Assembly: GCA_965209055.1 (NCBI GenBank)
Contig: OZ242374.1
Location: 480,001 to 544,000, forward strand
Direction: 5' to 3'
DNA from: Acidobacteriota bacterium
GTDB lineage: Bacteria; Acidobacteriota; UBA6911; RPQK01; JAJDTT01
DNA: 64,000 bases
Shown here one piece after another: positions 47,423 to 57,859 of this stretch (its first letter is position 1; every line of letters begins with the position of its first letter). The position numbers were made by a program, and so were the translations under genes. Below the pieces are notes generated by a model. That model did no database searches and was not told where the DNA came from. It was given only the letters and a program-made list of their open reading frames with translations.

Positions 47423-48856
47423 TCAATCTTCCAATACCCACAGGTCCTTGCCGCCTCCACCCTGACTCGAGTTCACCACCAGGCTGCCCCGGCGCAACGC
47501 CACGCGGCAGAACGCTCCGGGGACGATGCGGATCCGGCGGCCATTGAGAACAAACGGGCGAAGATCGACGTGGCGCGGCTCTGTCCGTCCGTCGATCACA
47601 CAAGGCGCACGCGAGAGCGAAAGGACAGGCTGAGATATGAAATCGGCCGGGTTGGCCCGCACCTGCTTGGCGTAGGCGTCGCGTTCTTCCGCAGTCGAGT
47701 GCGGTCCCACCAACATGCCGTATCCTCCGGACTCTCCCACCCGCTTCACGACGAGGTCCTCCAGGTTGTCGAGGGTATATTCCAGCTCCTCGGGTCGACG
47801 GCAAAGCCAAGTCTTCACGTTCTTCAGCAGCGGCTCTTCTCCCAAGTAGTACCGGATCATATCCGGGACGAATGCGTAGACGCTCTTGTCATCGGCGACG
47901 CCGGTGCCGGGAGCGTTCACCAGGGCCACGTTGCCCTGCTTGAAGGCATGAATCAATCCGGGGACGCCGAGCAGCGAGTCGGGACGAAAGACCAGGGGAT
48001 CGAGAAAATCGTCGTCCACGCGCCGGTAGATCACGTCGACGCGCTTCAGGCCCACCGTCGTGCGCATGTAGACGAAACCGTCATTGACCAACAGGTCCCG
48101 GCCTTCCACCAGCTCCGCGCCGATCTCGTTGGCCAGAAATATGTGCTCGTAGAAGGCGGAATTGTAGACACCGGGTGTCAGCAACACGATGCAGGGTCCG
48201 GACCGGTCCCTGGGCGCCAGCTCCCGCAGGGTCTGGAGCAGGACCCTTCCATAGTGCTCGACTTCTCTGACCCGGGAGTTTCGATAAAGGAGGCGGAAAT
48301 TGGCTTTCACCGCCTTTCGGTTGGCGATCATGTAGGAAACTCCCGAGGGGACCCTCAGGTTGTCCTCCAACACGTAGAAACCGTCGTTGGTACGCACCAG
48401 GTCGGTGCCGCAAACGCCCACCCAGACGCCATGGGGCACCGAAACTCCCCGCATTTCATTGCGGTACTGGGGACAGCCCTTCACCACGTCCACCGGGATC
48501 ACGCCATCCGCGATGATGCTTGCCTCGTTGTAGATGTCGCCCAGAAACAGGTTCAGCGCCCGGAGGCGCTGCTTCAGGCCGGTGACGAGCCAGCGCCATT
48601 CCTCGGCGGACAGGATTCGGGGAACGCAGTCGATGGGAATGATGCGCTCCTCGGCTTCCTCGTCGCCGTAGACGGTAAAGGTGATCCCTTCGTTGGAGAA
48701 CGAACGCGTGACCCGTTCCTGAATGCTGCCGACGTCCTCGACCGACAGACGGCTCAGGGTTTCATGCAGCGACTGGAAATGTTCGCGAGGAGTGCCGTCC
48801 CCCTGGAACATCTCGTCGTAGTACCGGGCATCGAGATCGTAGGAGCGAAAATCCAT
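47423..48856 (-). CDS. circularly permuted type 2 ATP-grasp protein
   Basis: GITF.VY, VLEDNLRVPSGVSY, LTPG.YNSA.YEH, VDVIYRRVDDDFLDP, ESGGYG, RHVDLRPF, VVNSSQGGG.KD. Confidence 0.95.
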   Translation of the reverse strand: MDFRSYDLDARYYDEMFQGDGTPREHFQSLHETLSRLSVEDVGSIQERVTRSFSNEGITFTVYGDEEAEERIIPIDCVPRILSAEEWRWLVTGLKQRLRALNLFLGDIYNEASIIADGVIPVDVVKGCPQYRNEMRGVSVPHGVWVGVCGTDLVRTNDGFYVLEDNLRVPSGVSYMIANRKAVKANFRLLYRNSRVREVEHYGRVLLQTLRELAPRDRSGPCIVLLTPGVYNSAFYEHIFLANEIGAELVEGRDLLVNDGFVYMRTTVGLKRVDVIYRRVDDDFLDPLVFRPDSLLGVPGLIHAFKQGNVALVNAPGTGVADDKSVYAFVPDMIRYYLGEEPLLKNVKTWLCRRPEELEYTLDNLEDLVVKRVGESGGYGMLVGPHSTAEERDAYAKQVRANPADFISQPVLSLSRAPCVIDGRTEPRHVDLRPFVLNGRRIRIVPGAFCRVALRRGSLVVNSSQGGGGKDLWVLED

Positions 48857-48967
48857 ACGTTGACTCGCAGTGCGGAATTCCGCCCGATATTAGAACATCT
48901 CGTTCCTCGAAACCACACTCGCTCGGGGAACCGGCCGGTAAGAATTCGGGACGGGATCCTACAGTTG

Positions 48968-51145
48968 CTACCCCGAAGCCCCTTCCATGGCAACGGGGCG
49001 CATCACGGGGACTTCGACAATCATTTCGGTGAACTCGCCGGGTTCGGTTTCCACTCGAATGGATCCTCCATGCTCCCGCACGATGTCGTTGGAGAGAGCA
49101 AGGCCCAGACCCGTTCCCTGGTCGGTGGGTTTCGTGGTAAAGAACGGATTGAAGATCTTTTCTACGATCTCAGGCGGAATTCCGTTCCCATTGTCCTTGA
49201 TTCGGACCTCGATCCGGTCTTCGAGACGCCGGGTGGCGACCCACAGAGTCGGCATGTAGTCGAAAAAGCCTTTCCCCGCCTCGATCGCCGCGCGCCGTTT
49301 CTGATCGGTGGCGTAGCAGGCGTTGCCCACCATGTTCAGAAAAACCCGGCCCATGTCCTGCGGAACGACTTCGAACTGACCGGCCTCCGGGTCCAGACTC
49401 ATCTCCATATGGAGCTGGAAATCGGGATCGGTCGCCCTCGCGCTGTGGTAGGCAAGACGGGTGTGCTCGTCGAGCAGGTTGTTGACGTCCGTCACCTGCC
49501 ATTCGCCCGAGCCACGGCCCATCATAAGCATGTCGTGAACGATCCGGTTGGCCCGTTCGCCGTGCTGGTGGATGCGGCGTAGATTGTCGGTGATGTCCTG
49601 AATCAGCTCCGCGACCAGCTCGCGGTCGTCCTTACTCAGTTTCTCGCCTTCTTCTTCCAGGACTTCCTGGAGTTCCTCCAGGAGTTCCTGCGACGCCTCC
49701 GCGAAGTTCTTAACGAAGTTCAAAGGATTCTTGATCTCATGGGCAACGCCCGCGGTGAGCTCACCGAGCGCCGCCAGCTTTTCACGCATGACGATCTGGT
49801 CCTGAGCTTTCCGCAAGTCGGCGAGGACGCTCTCCAACTGTTCGTTCTTACCCCGCAATTCCTCTGCCAGCTTCTCCACCAGGTTCAGACGCTGGACCTC
49901 CAGCGCGTGGCGCCGAAACACCTCCAGGGCGGCGGCCATGTCGGCCACCTCGTCCCTTCCTTCGATCTCGACCTTGCCCTCCAGTTCTCCCCCGGCCATT
50001 CGCCGCATGCGCTGCGACAACAGCGCCAGGCGGCGCAGCAGTATCCGTCCCACGATCAGCCAGGCGATGAGCACGGCGCCGACGATGCTGAGCCCGTTGA
50101 TGGCGACGAGGAGGACTCGGCCCGCCAGAATGGCTTGTGTGGATTCTTGAGTGTCGGCTGCCGCTCTCGCCTGAGACGCTTTCACCAACTCGTCGACGGC
50201 CGCCACCAGGTCAATGGCGATTCCGCGGTTCTCCGCCAAGAGGTCTCTCTGCCGCGCGGTCAGTCTCAATTGGCGGACCAGCAGATTGAGGCAGCCCTCC
50301 TCTCCGGCGCCCAACTCGAAAAGAAGTTGGAAGTCGGCGGAGATCTGCCCAAGCAATTCGGACTCTCCCAGCGACGACAGGCTCCTTTCGATGCGATTGC
50401 GAGACGCCTCGAACTTGTCTCGCAAAGGCTCGATCAGGAAGGCGTCCGAAACCGTGAAAGCACTGTCCAGAAGTTGCGTGGCGGTATTGGCGTCCGCCAG
50501 CAGATCGGTCAAGTGACGAAAGCGATCGAACTGATCTTCCGAGAAATGTTTCCAACGAGGAGCCGGAGGCTCCCCCAAGGTTCGGTGTCCCGTGATGGTG
50601 TAAAAGAATTGGTCATCCACGGTCGGGAAGATGACCCGCTGCAGGCGTCCTTGCAGATCCGCGAGTTCGGTGCGCAGAGCCGAACTCCGCTCGGCCAATT
50701 CGTAAATCGCCGACATGTCGGTTTCGATGGCCTCGATGTTCGATCTCAAGGTATCGGCGTGAGCGCGAATGCGCCGGAAACGTTCGTCGGCCGCATCCTG
50801 GCGCTCCAAAACGGCCAACTGCTCCTCGAGCGCCGTTTTCGACTCGTTGATGCTTGCCGCAACCTGGGCGAAGTCGTCGGTCGTTTCGGCGGTGGTCAGC
50901 CGAGGCGCAGCCGCGACCAGGGCGGCGCTGTACTGCGCCACACCGAACGCGGCCTCCAATTCCGGGAACCGAAGTTCATTGACCCGCCGCTGCAGATCGC
51001 CCACGCGGTCAAAGGAAAACCAGCCCACGAGACTCGCGGCGATCGTCAGGGCGACGGCGCCTCCGATGGTGACGTAGAGCTGCGTCGAGATCCGAAAGCG
51101 ACTCTGCAGCAGACTACCGAGCAAGCGGTTCAGTCGTTCGATCAC
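48968..51145 (-). CDS. membrane sensor histidine kinase (TorS-like periplasmic domain, HAMP, HisKA, HATPase)
   Basis: Two TM helices, GRDEVADMA HAMP, AGVAHEIKNPL H-box, DNGNGI, FFTTKP..GTGLGL. Confidence 0.93.
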   Translation of the reverse strand: MIERLNRLLGSLLQSRFRISTQLYVTIGGAVALTIAASLVGWFSFDRVGDLQRRVNELRFPELEAAFGVAQYSAALVAAAPRLTTAETTDDFAQVAASINESKTALEEQLAVLERQDAADERFRRIRAHADTLRSNIEAIETDMSAIYELAERSSALRTELADLQGRLQRVIFPTVDDQFFYTITGHRTLGEPPAPRWKHFSEDQFDRFRHLTDLLADANTATQLLDSAFTVSDAFLIEPLRDKFEASRNRIERSLSSLGESELLGQISADFQLLFELGAGEEGCLNLLVRQLRLTARQRDLLAENRGIAIDLVAAVDELVKASQARAAADTQESTQAILAGRVLLVAINGLSIVGAVLIAWLIVGRILLRRLALLSQRMRRMAGGELEGKVEIEGRDEVADMAAALEVFRRHALEVQRLNLVEKLAEELRGKNEQLESVLADLRKAQDQIVMREKLAALGELTAGVAHEIKNPLNFVKNFAEASQELLEELQEVLEEEGEKLSKDDRELVAELIQDITDNLRRIHQHGERANRIVHDMLMMGRGSGEWQVTDVNNLLDEHTRLAYHSARATDPDFQLHMEMSLDPEAGQFEVVPQDMGRVFLNMVGNACYATDQKRRAAIEAGKGFFDYMPTLWVATRRLEDRIEVRIKDNGNGIPPEIVEKIFNPFFTTKPTDQGTGLGLALSNDIVREHGGSIRVETEPGEFTEMIVEVPVMRPVAMEGASG

Positions 51146-52326
51146 GGCGCCGCTTCCAGCATTGAGCTGATGGGACGATATTGACCGTCACGACCGATTA
51201 CGGTCAGATAAACGGCATCCGATCCCTGGTTGTCCTGGTCGCCGAAACGAAGCCGGAACCCACCGAGGTCCATCATTCCGGCTTGGCGAAAACCGTCCAG
51301 AAAACCGGCTCGACTAATCTCACCCCCGGACTGCTTCAGGCCGGCAATGGCCAGGCGCCCGGCCAGATAGCCTTCGAAGGAGATGAACCCGGGAACCACG
51401 CCGGATGCGTAGGCAGCAAGGGCGCGATTGTAGTCGCGGACGATGGAACGCGATTTGTCGGTCGGGAAGGGCACGACCTGAGTGACGTAAACACCGGCGC
51501 CGGCGGAGCCGAGCTCCTTCGCCAACGCGTTGCTGCCGACGAAGGAGATGTTCATGAATACGGCTTGGAGGCCCGAAAACCGGGCCCAGGAAATGAATGT
51601 GGCGAGAGGTTTGTACGCGCCGATGAGAATCACGGCTTTGGGGTCCCCGTCGTTGATGTCCAGGAGAGCCATCTTTACCGCCAGGGTATTGCGAGGGTAA
51701 AGGCCGATGGCCACCGGCGTCATATTCCGTCGATCGAGCGCGGCCCGAACCCCACGGTATCCGGCCCGGCCGAAGGAATCGTCCTGGAACAATACGGCGA
51801 TCCGCTTGATTCCCATGTCCTCGGTCAACCTGGCTACCATTTCTTCGGTCTCCTGGTTGTAGGAGGCCCGAAGGTTGATGACGTTGCTCCACTCGGCGGC
51901 GCGCAGGAACTCGGCACCCGTGAAGGGGGCGATATACGGCACGCTGGCGTCCGCGGCAACCGGTACGGCCGCGCGTGAGGTGGGTGTGCCGACTGCGCCG
52001 ATGAGAGCGAAGACCTCTTGTTCCCTGATCAGAGTGACGGTATTGGCAACGGCGGCCTCCGGTTCGTAGGCATCGTCCAGCGACGTCAACTCCAGCCGAC
52101 GGCCATCGATGCCGCCCGCCCGGTTGACCTCGTGGAAGGCGGCCTGGATGCCGAGACGCATGCTGATACCCAACTCCTGGGCAGGACCGCTGAAAGCGGC
52201 GGACTGTCCGAAGAGAATGCGGTCGTCGGAAACGCCGGGTTCCTGCGCCGGAACCGGCAATGCTGTCAGCAACCATGCGGCCACCAAAATGAGGACGCCG
52301 GCCGGCCGGCCGGACCATCGCTTCAC
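51142..52326 (-). CDS. periplasmic binding protein (LivJ/branched-chain type), probable ligand receptor for the kinase
   Basis: Signal peptide; GQSAAFSGPA, GGIDGR, LDDAYEP, GTPT, RASY..E; GTGA overlaps on both sides; no permease or ATPase nearby. Confidence 0.88.
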   Translation of the reverse strand: MKRWSGRPAGVLILVAAWLLTALPVPAQEPGVSDDRILFGQSAAFSGPAQELGISMRLGIQAAFHEVNRAGGIDGRRLELTSLDDAYEPEAAVANTVTLIREQEVFALIGAVGTPTSRAAVPVAADASVPYIAPFTGAEFLRAAEWSNVINLRASYNQETEEMVARLTEDMGIKRIAVLFQDDSFGRAGYRGVRAALDRRNMTPVAIGLYPRNTLAVKMALLDINDGDPKAVILIGAYKPLATFISWARFSGLQAVFMNISFVGSNALAKELGSAGAGVYVTQVVPFPTDKSRSIVRDYNRALAAYASGVVPGFISFEGYLAGRLAIAGLKQSGGEISRAGFLDGFRQAGMMDLGGFRLRFGDQDNQGSDAVYLTVIGRDGQYRPISSMLEAAP

Positions 52327-52742
52327 CGGACCCGCTCCTTGACCAGAGTCACGTGGTTTCTCCCCCCCTGACGCCGATAGCGCAAGTTGTCCACCAGGCT
52401 GCGTACGATATGGATCCCGAGGCCGCCGATGGTGCGTTCCCCTAATTCCACATCCAGATCGGGCTCGGGAGCCTCGCTGGTCGGATCGAACGGATGGCCG
52501 TTGTCCACGATTTCGACGGTGAGGGACTCACCTTCCGCGGTCAGCGTGATCTCGATCTTCTCGAGGTTCTTGGTCTTCCCGTGGGTCATGATGTTGAGTC
52601 CCAGCTCTTCGATCACCAGGTTGATTTGAAAGATCATGTCGGACGGCCATTTTTCCGCGTCGCCGAACTGCTCCACAGCGGCCGTAATCACACTCAGTTC
52701 CTCAACTCTGGGGTCGATTTCCAGGGACAGCTTTCGGCTCAA
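52323..52742 (-). CDS. anti-sigma factor / Ser kinase, RsbW-like (copy 2)
   Basis: LVIEELGLNI..HG, IVDNG.PFDP, GGLGIHIVRSLVD...Y.R.GGRN. Confidence 0.9.
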   Translation of the reverse strand: MSRKLSLEIDPRVEELSVITAAVEQFGDAEKWPSDMIFQINLVIEELGLNIMTHGKTKNLEKIEITLTAEGESLTVEIVDNGHPFDPTSEAPEPDLDVELGERTIGGLGIHIVRSLVDNLRYRRQGGRNHVTLVKERVR

Positions 52743-52909
52743 CGACGCCTCTCGCTCAGACTGGACCTCATAAGGGAGACGACGGGCGACTGCGCCTTGT
52801 CACCGGCGTTATTCCCGTCCGCTCCGAATTTGGCTGGTCATCGGGCATGCCCCGACAGCGCGGCACAGCAGACTCGACCGGCATCCACTCCGGTCTCCAC
52901 GCCGGGATC

Positions 52910-53248
52910 CTATCCGCCATGCTTGGCGACGGCTTCGGACCGGGAGGCATGAGTGGGGATGATTCTGCTGAAACCACTGATCTCAAACACCTCGTTGATG
53001 GTATCGGTGAGCGAGCACACAACGAGCTTTCCACCTCGTCCCTGCAGCTTCTTGGCAATCATCAGAAAAGCTCGAAGGCCGGCACTGCTGATGTAGGAAA
53101 GATCTTGTAAGTCCATGATCAGGAGACGATCGTCCTCCCCGATTGCCTCGTGGAGCGCCTCCTCGAATTCGCGGGCATTGGTGCCGTCGACACGGCCCTC
53201 CGCTCGGGTGATCAAGATCCCTCCTTCCCGCTCGGCGTGAACCTCCAT
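52910..53248 (-). CDS. anti-sigma factor antagonist (STAS), RsbV-like
   Basis: GRVDGTNAREF, DLQDLSYISSAGLR (phospho-Ser motif), VFEISGF. Confidence 0.92.
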   Translation of the reverse strand: MEVHAEREGGILITRAEGRVDGTNAREFEEALHEAIGEDDRLLIMDLQDLSYISSAGLRAFLMIAKKLQGRGGKLVVCSLTDTINEVFEISGFSRIIPTHASRSEAVAKHGG

Positions 53249-53484
53249 TGCTCTGACTCCCGGATATTGTGACCTAATCCTTCCGACAATTTGCCGCGAT
53301 ATTACCACCGGTGGACCTTCAAGCGAAACCACCACGCCACGGTCGGCAGATGGTTTTCGTTGCCGGGAAATGGTACGGAAGGCTGAATGCCACTGATGAG
53401 GCCGACTCCTTTTCCCGCTTGAGGACGCCCGAGCCGGCGATTTGAGCGGCGCGGCTGCCTGATGCCGAGGGAACCCGGCGACCC

Positions 53485-54735
53485 TCAAAAATTGTAAATC
53501 AAGGCCAATTCGACGAAGCTGTCGCGCCGAGTCAAATAGGTGAGATCCACTTCCTGGATACCCCGAAAGGCGATCGACTCCAGACGCAGAGACCACTGAT
53601 CCGAGATGCGCCGGTTCAATTCCAGAGTCAGCACCTGTCCTGAACTGTCGGCGTCTCGCAGAATGCTGGCGAGAAGCTCGGTGCTCTGAACGTCGTTGAA
53701 GGCTATCCTCGCGGCCAGGAAAAAATCATTCTGGAAGATGTTGGTGGCATATTGGCGCCGGTCGTCGTAGTTCCATTCGCTGAGCAGCGTAAGATCCAAC
53801 GCCGAGCCGGATACGGAATAGAACGTGTACTCGCCGCCAAACGTGGAAGCCGAGTAGTCTTCTTCCACGCCGAGAAGGTTTTGGGCGCCGGTTCGCCGAA
53901 TCGCCTCGAGCTTGAACAGCCAGGACCCGGCCGTCACCTGGGCGTCCAGCCCGAACTGCCGGATCTGCTCGTAGTATGGGACCAAGGCCGGTTCTCCGGA
54001 GAGGCCCGGATCCAGAGTCAGAAAGGGATCTCGACTGGTGCCGTCGAAAACGCTCATGCCCAGGTCGAGAGGCCCGAAACTGCGACTGTAGCGGCCGGCT
54101 AAATCCAGATGCCACTGCTTGGCGTCGCTCTCATAGGAAATCATGTCGTTGTCCACAACAAACGGAAGTCGCAGACGGCCGAAGCGGCCTGGAAAGGTGC
54201 GGCCACGGTGATACGTCAGGCCGAAGACTTCCGCCGTTCCCCAATCGCCGGAAAAAGTAAGGTGGGCCATGGGTTGGCCCAGCTTGGGTTCCTTGTAGGG
54301 ATGTTCCACCAGGTCGATCTGGTTGACGATGTTGACCAGGTGGCGGGATTCGGTGACTCCCCAGAACACCCGGTCCACCCCTAGACGGAGCTCCCATTCG
54401 CTATTCGCGACGTCGCCGAACAGCAGAAGGTAGGCTTCACGCAGATCGACATGGGTTCGGCTCGGGTCCCCGGCGTCGTAACGAAAAAACGGCGCCAGAT
54501 TGAAGCTCCGGCCTCCATGGTCTTCGAGATAGAATTCGGGCTCGATGGCCAGACCGCTTGCGTGTGAACGCTGGCCGGGGTACGCCGCACTTTGGGGATG
54601 CCACCGGCTTTCAAGGCTCACGCGCCCCGAAGTCTCGTGCCTGACGATCTCGGCCCGGAGTCCGCCAATACAGACTGGGATGAGAAGCCCCGCAGTGCAG
54701 AATCGCGCGCACCGAATGACGAGACGGCGGGGCAT
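53485..54735 (-). CDS. putative outer-membrane beta-barrel protein
   Basis: Signal peptide; DLREAY, VFWGVTES..L...NQ.D, terminal LIYNF; TAATG coupling to the LolA-like gene. Confidence 0.8.
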   Translation of the reverse strand: MPRRLVIRCARFCTAGLLIPVCIGGLRAEIVRHETSGRVSLESRWHPQSAAYPGQRSHASGLAIEPEFYLEDHGGRSFNLAPFFRYDAGDPSRTHVDLREAYLLLFGDVANSEWELRLGVDRVFWGVTESRHLVNIVNQIDLVEHPYKEPKLGQPMAHLTFSGDWGTAEVFGLTYHRGRTFPGRFGRLRLPFVVDNDMISYESDAKQWHLDLAGRYSRSFGPLDLGMSVFDGTSRDPFLTLDPGLSGEPALVPYYEQIRQFGLDAQVTAGSWLFKLEAIRRTGAQNLLGVEEDYSASTFGGEYTFYSVSGSALDLTLLSEWNYDDRRQYATNIFQNDFFLAARIAFNDVQSTELLASILRDADSSGQVLTLELNRRISDQWSLRLESIAFRGIQEVDLTYLTRRDSFVELALIYNF

Positions 54736-55559
54736 TAACGAATCCGTTGCAGCCCGGTGCGGGTGAAGTCGCGATCGTTGAGCTTGGTCCGGAATTCATA
54801 TTCCGTCCATGTCAGAACGGTGCTTTTCCCGGTGAGATGATTCACCATCGTCATCTCGCCCGCCTGCCAGTAGCGATCCAGGTACTGCCGGTAGTTCCTC
54901 AAGGTGAGGGTCTTCAGGTGCGAATCCTTGCGATCGTAGTATTCCACCTTCCAAACGCGAAACGCGTCTTTGTCCTGCCAGACCAACTGCCTGCGGTAAC
55001 CCGATTTCTTGTCCACAGGGACGCGCTCGGAGACGGTGCACGTCAACTCGCCGCAAGGCTCGTCCCGCAGGTATCGGTAGCTGAATCTCTCCACTTCCTG
55101 CGCGCTCATGTCCTCATAGGCGAACTCGCTGCCCATGAAGGAGCCGGAGCGGTTCGACGAACTGATCCGTTTCACCCGCTTCAGCGCCGGGAGATAGAGC
55201 CACTGGTCGTCCGCCTTGTCGCGATGGGCGTGGATCAGGAAAGCCGTTCCCTTGACGTCCCGCGGCTCATCGAAGACGAACATGCTCTTGTCTCCGTCTC
55301 CGGGCACTTCGAGCACCCTGACCCGGAGTTGGCGCCGACTCTCCTTCCCCTGCTTGTTCCGCAACACCATGGTCTGTTGAGCCGTAAAATTGCCGAATCC
55401 GTCTCCCTGCTCCCGCGCTTCGAGCGCAATCTTCAGGCCGATTTCTTCGGGGGAAGCGTCGTCGGAACGGGCGAACGCCGGCGAAGCCAGACAGGCCATG
55501 ACGACGACGGCAGGAACCACATGCGCGAGGGGAGACCGGACGGAACAAGAGTAAATCAT
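54735..55559 (-). CDS. outer-membrane lipoprotein-sorting (LolA-like) periplasmic protein
   Basis: F.EPRDVKGTAFL, DDQWLYLPALKRVKRI, SFMGSEFAYED, EYYDRK...LKTL, M.NH.TGKST; ATGA overlap with the MMPL gene. Confidence 0.9.
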   Translation of the reverse strand: MIYSCSVRSPLAHVVPAVVVMACLASPAFARSDDASPEEIGLKIALEAREQGDGFGNFTAQQTMVLRNKQGKESRRQLRVRVLEVPGDGDKSMFVFDEPRDVKGTAFLIHAHRDKADDQWLYLPALKRVKRISSSNRSGSFMGSEFAYEDMSAQEVERFSYRYLRDEPCGELTCTVSERVPVDKKSGYRRQLVWQDKDAFRVWKVEYYDRKDSHLKTLTLRNYRQYLDRYWQAGEMTMVNHLTGKSTVLTWTEYEFRTKLNDRDFTRTGLQRIR

Positions 55560-57859
55560 GATTTTCTCCGATCGAGGGCCATCAACAGAGGCGGCAGCAG
55601 AAAGAAATCGGCGAGAAGCGCGAACACTATGGTGATCGTGACCATGAGTCCGAGCGACCGGCTGACCTCGAATCCCGATGAAGCGAACACCAGGAAGCCG
55701 GCCGACAAGACCGCAGTCGTGGTCCACAGAGCCTTTCCGACAGTGTTGAATGTGGAACGCACGGCCGCGGCCGCATCCAGGCCCTGGCGGCGCCCCTTCA
55801 GATACTTGGTCAGGAAATGAATCGTGTCGTCTACGACGATACCGAACGCAATCGCGGTCATCACGGAACCGGCCAGACCCAGATTGCCCACCAGATAGCC
55901 CCAGAATCCGAAGCTCATTGCCGCAGGAATGAAGTTGGGAATCAGACTGATGAGTCCGTGGCGCACGCTCCGGAATATCAGGACCAGGATGAACGAGACG
56001 ATGGCCATGGCAATGATCGTCCCCCGCAGCATGCTTTCGATGTTTCGAAGAGAAAGGTGGGCAAAGACCACACTGAGGCCCGTGGCCGGCACGACTCGAT
56101 GGGGCAGGTTGGCGCGGAGCCAATCTTGAGCGCGAGCGTCCAACTCGCGCAGGCCCCGCGACGAAGAGTCACGGACCGTCACCGTCATGCGGGTCTCGGA
56201 CTTGGCGATGTCGATCCGGTTGTTCAGGTCATTGCCGAAGGGAAGCGACAGCTCGTAGACCAACAGGTATTGGGCCGCGAGTTCGGGGTCGTCCGGCAAC
56301 CGATAGTAACCGGGGTCGTCGCCGTGCATGTTCTTGTTCAGGCGTTTCATGATGTCCGGGAACGCCTGGACATGGGTCACTTCGGGTTGCGTGCGGTACC
56401 ATTCGGCGAATTTCTCGACGGCGCCCAGATATTCGGGATCGGTGATGCCGCCTTCCCGTCCCGCTTTCAGCGAATACTCCAGCGTATCCAAGCCGGTCAG
56501 GTTTTCGATGACGAAATCCGTATCGCGCCGGAACTGGTAGCGCTCGTCGAAATACTTGGGCCAATTGTCGCTCAACTGGTTGCGGGGGATGCCCATGACG
56601 AGGCCTATGGCGATGAGGGGAACGAACCAGAGCAGAAATCTGCGCTTGGCCACGACAAAGGCGCCGAAGCGTTCGAAGAAGAGAGTCTTTTCAGGGAGCA
56701 GCCGGCGCGCGCGCAGCGGCAGGATCGAAAGCACCGCCGGCAGAAGCAACATGGAATAAACGAAAGCACAAGAAACACCGAACGCCACCAGATTGCCCAG
56801 GACGCGAAACGGAGGCGAGTCCGAAGCGTTCAGGCTGAGAAAGCCGATCACCGTTGTGAGAGTCGTCAGAAATACGGGATAAGCATTGGTCCGCACGGAT
56901 GCCGCGATCGCGGCGTTCCTGCTCAAACCGCGGCTCATGCCCAGCAAGGTGCTGGTGACGATGTGAATTGAATCCGCAACGGCGACCGCCATCACGATAA
57001 TGGGTACCCCGGCATTGGTCGGACTCATCACGGTTCCGAGCCAGCCCGCCAACCCCATTGTCGTGTTGACGATGAATACGAGCAGGACCGAGATGGACAG
57101 GGTGGCAAGAAACGAGCGCAGAAGAATCGCGGCGGAGGCCGCGATCACCAGAAAAACGATGGGAACCAGGATCTGAAGATCGTCCTGTGTGGCTTCGGCG
57201 AAGGCGCGGTGCATGACGACATCGCCGGTCAGGAAATAGGCGATTTCAGGATGCCGTCCGCGAGCCTCTTCCAGAGCGGCGTTGAGATAGTCGGTGATCT
57301 CCGCCACCGCGGCGTCCGGATCTTCGGGCAGGACGAAATTGATGGTCAAGCCGCCGACGCGGCCGTCGGTGGAGACCAGGCGCCCGGCGATCTCGGAAGC
57401 ATTCAGCGCAATCGTCCGGATTCGGGCCAGGTCGGCATCGTTCAGAGACTGTGCGTCATCGACCAGCGGCTCGACCACCAGATCGTCCTCGACCGCTTCG
57501 CTATGGGAATAGTTGGTGAGGGAATCGACCCGTGTGGAATAGGGGGCGCCCCAGGCAGCTTCGGTCAGTTCCTCGATCGCCCCAAGCGCCTCGAGCGTGA
57601 ATACGGAACCCGCCCCGGGCGCAATGGCGATCAATGCCCTGTTGGATGCGGCATACGTGTTCTCCAGGGCATCGAATGCGGCGAGTTGAGGATTGTCTTC
57701 GTCGAACAGAATTCGGTAGTCGTTCGTGGTGGTGATGTACCGGGCACCTGCCGTCATGACCAGCATGACCACTGTCGCAACCACCAACACCGTCCAGCGG
57801 TGGTTCAGGACAACAGCAATGTAGCGGTCCAAGAAGGGCGACGTCATACCTTCGTTCAC
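55556..57859 (-). CDS. MMPL/RND family lipid exporter
   Basis: Twofold symmetric TM protein; AVADSIH...TTLTTVIGFLS and GIVVDDTIHF...TTAVL..GF motifs. Confidence 0.93.
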   Translation of the reverse strand: MNEGMTSPFLDRYIAVVLNHRWTVLVVATVVMLVMTAGARYITTTNDYRILFDEDNPQLAAFDALENTYAASNRALIAIAPGAGSVFTLEALGAIEELTEAAWGAPYSTRVDSLTNYSHSEAVEDDLVVEPLVDDAQSLNDADLARIRTIALNASEIAGRLVSTDGRVGGLTINFVLPEDPDAAVAEITDYLNAALEEARGRHPEIAYFLTGDVVMHRAFAEATQDDLQILVPIVFLVIAASAAILLRSFLATLSISVLLVFIVNTTMGLAGWLGTVMSPTNAGVPIIVMAVAVADSIHIVTSTLLGMSRGLSRNAAIAASVRTNAYPVFLTTLTTVIGFLSLNASDSPPFRVLGNLVAFGVSCAFVYSMLLLPAVLSILPLRARRLLPEKTLFFERFGAFVVAKRRFLLWFVPLIAIGLVMGIPRNQLSDNWPKYFDERYQFRRDTDFVIENLTGLDTLEYSLKAGREGGITDPEYLGAVEKFAEWYRTQPEVTHVQAFPDIMKRLNKNMHGDDPGYYRLPDDPELAAQYLLVYELSLPFGNDLNNRIDIAKSETRMTVTVRDSSSRGLRELDARAQDWLRANLPHRVVPATGLSVVFAHLSLRNIESMLRGTIIAMAIVSFILVLIFRSVRHGLISLIPNFIPAAMSFGFWGYLVGNLGLAGSVMTAIAFGIVVDDTIHFLTKYLKGRRQGLDAAAAVRSTFNTVGKALWTTTAVLSAGFLVFASSGFEVSRSLGLMVTITIVFALLADFFLLPPLLMALDRRKS

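Noticed and set aside
51142-52326. Branched-chain amino acid ABC transporter
   Set aside because: No permease or ATPase genes nearby; the gene is coupled to a kinase instead
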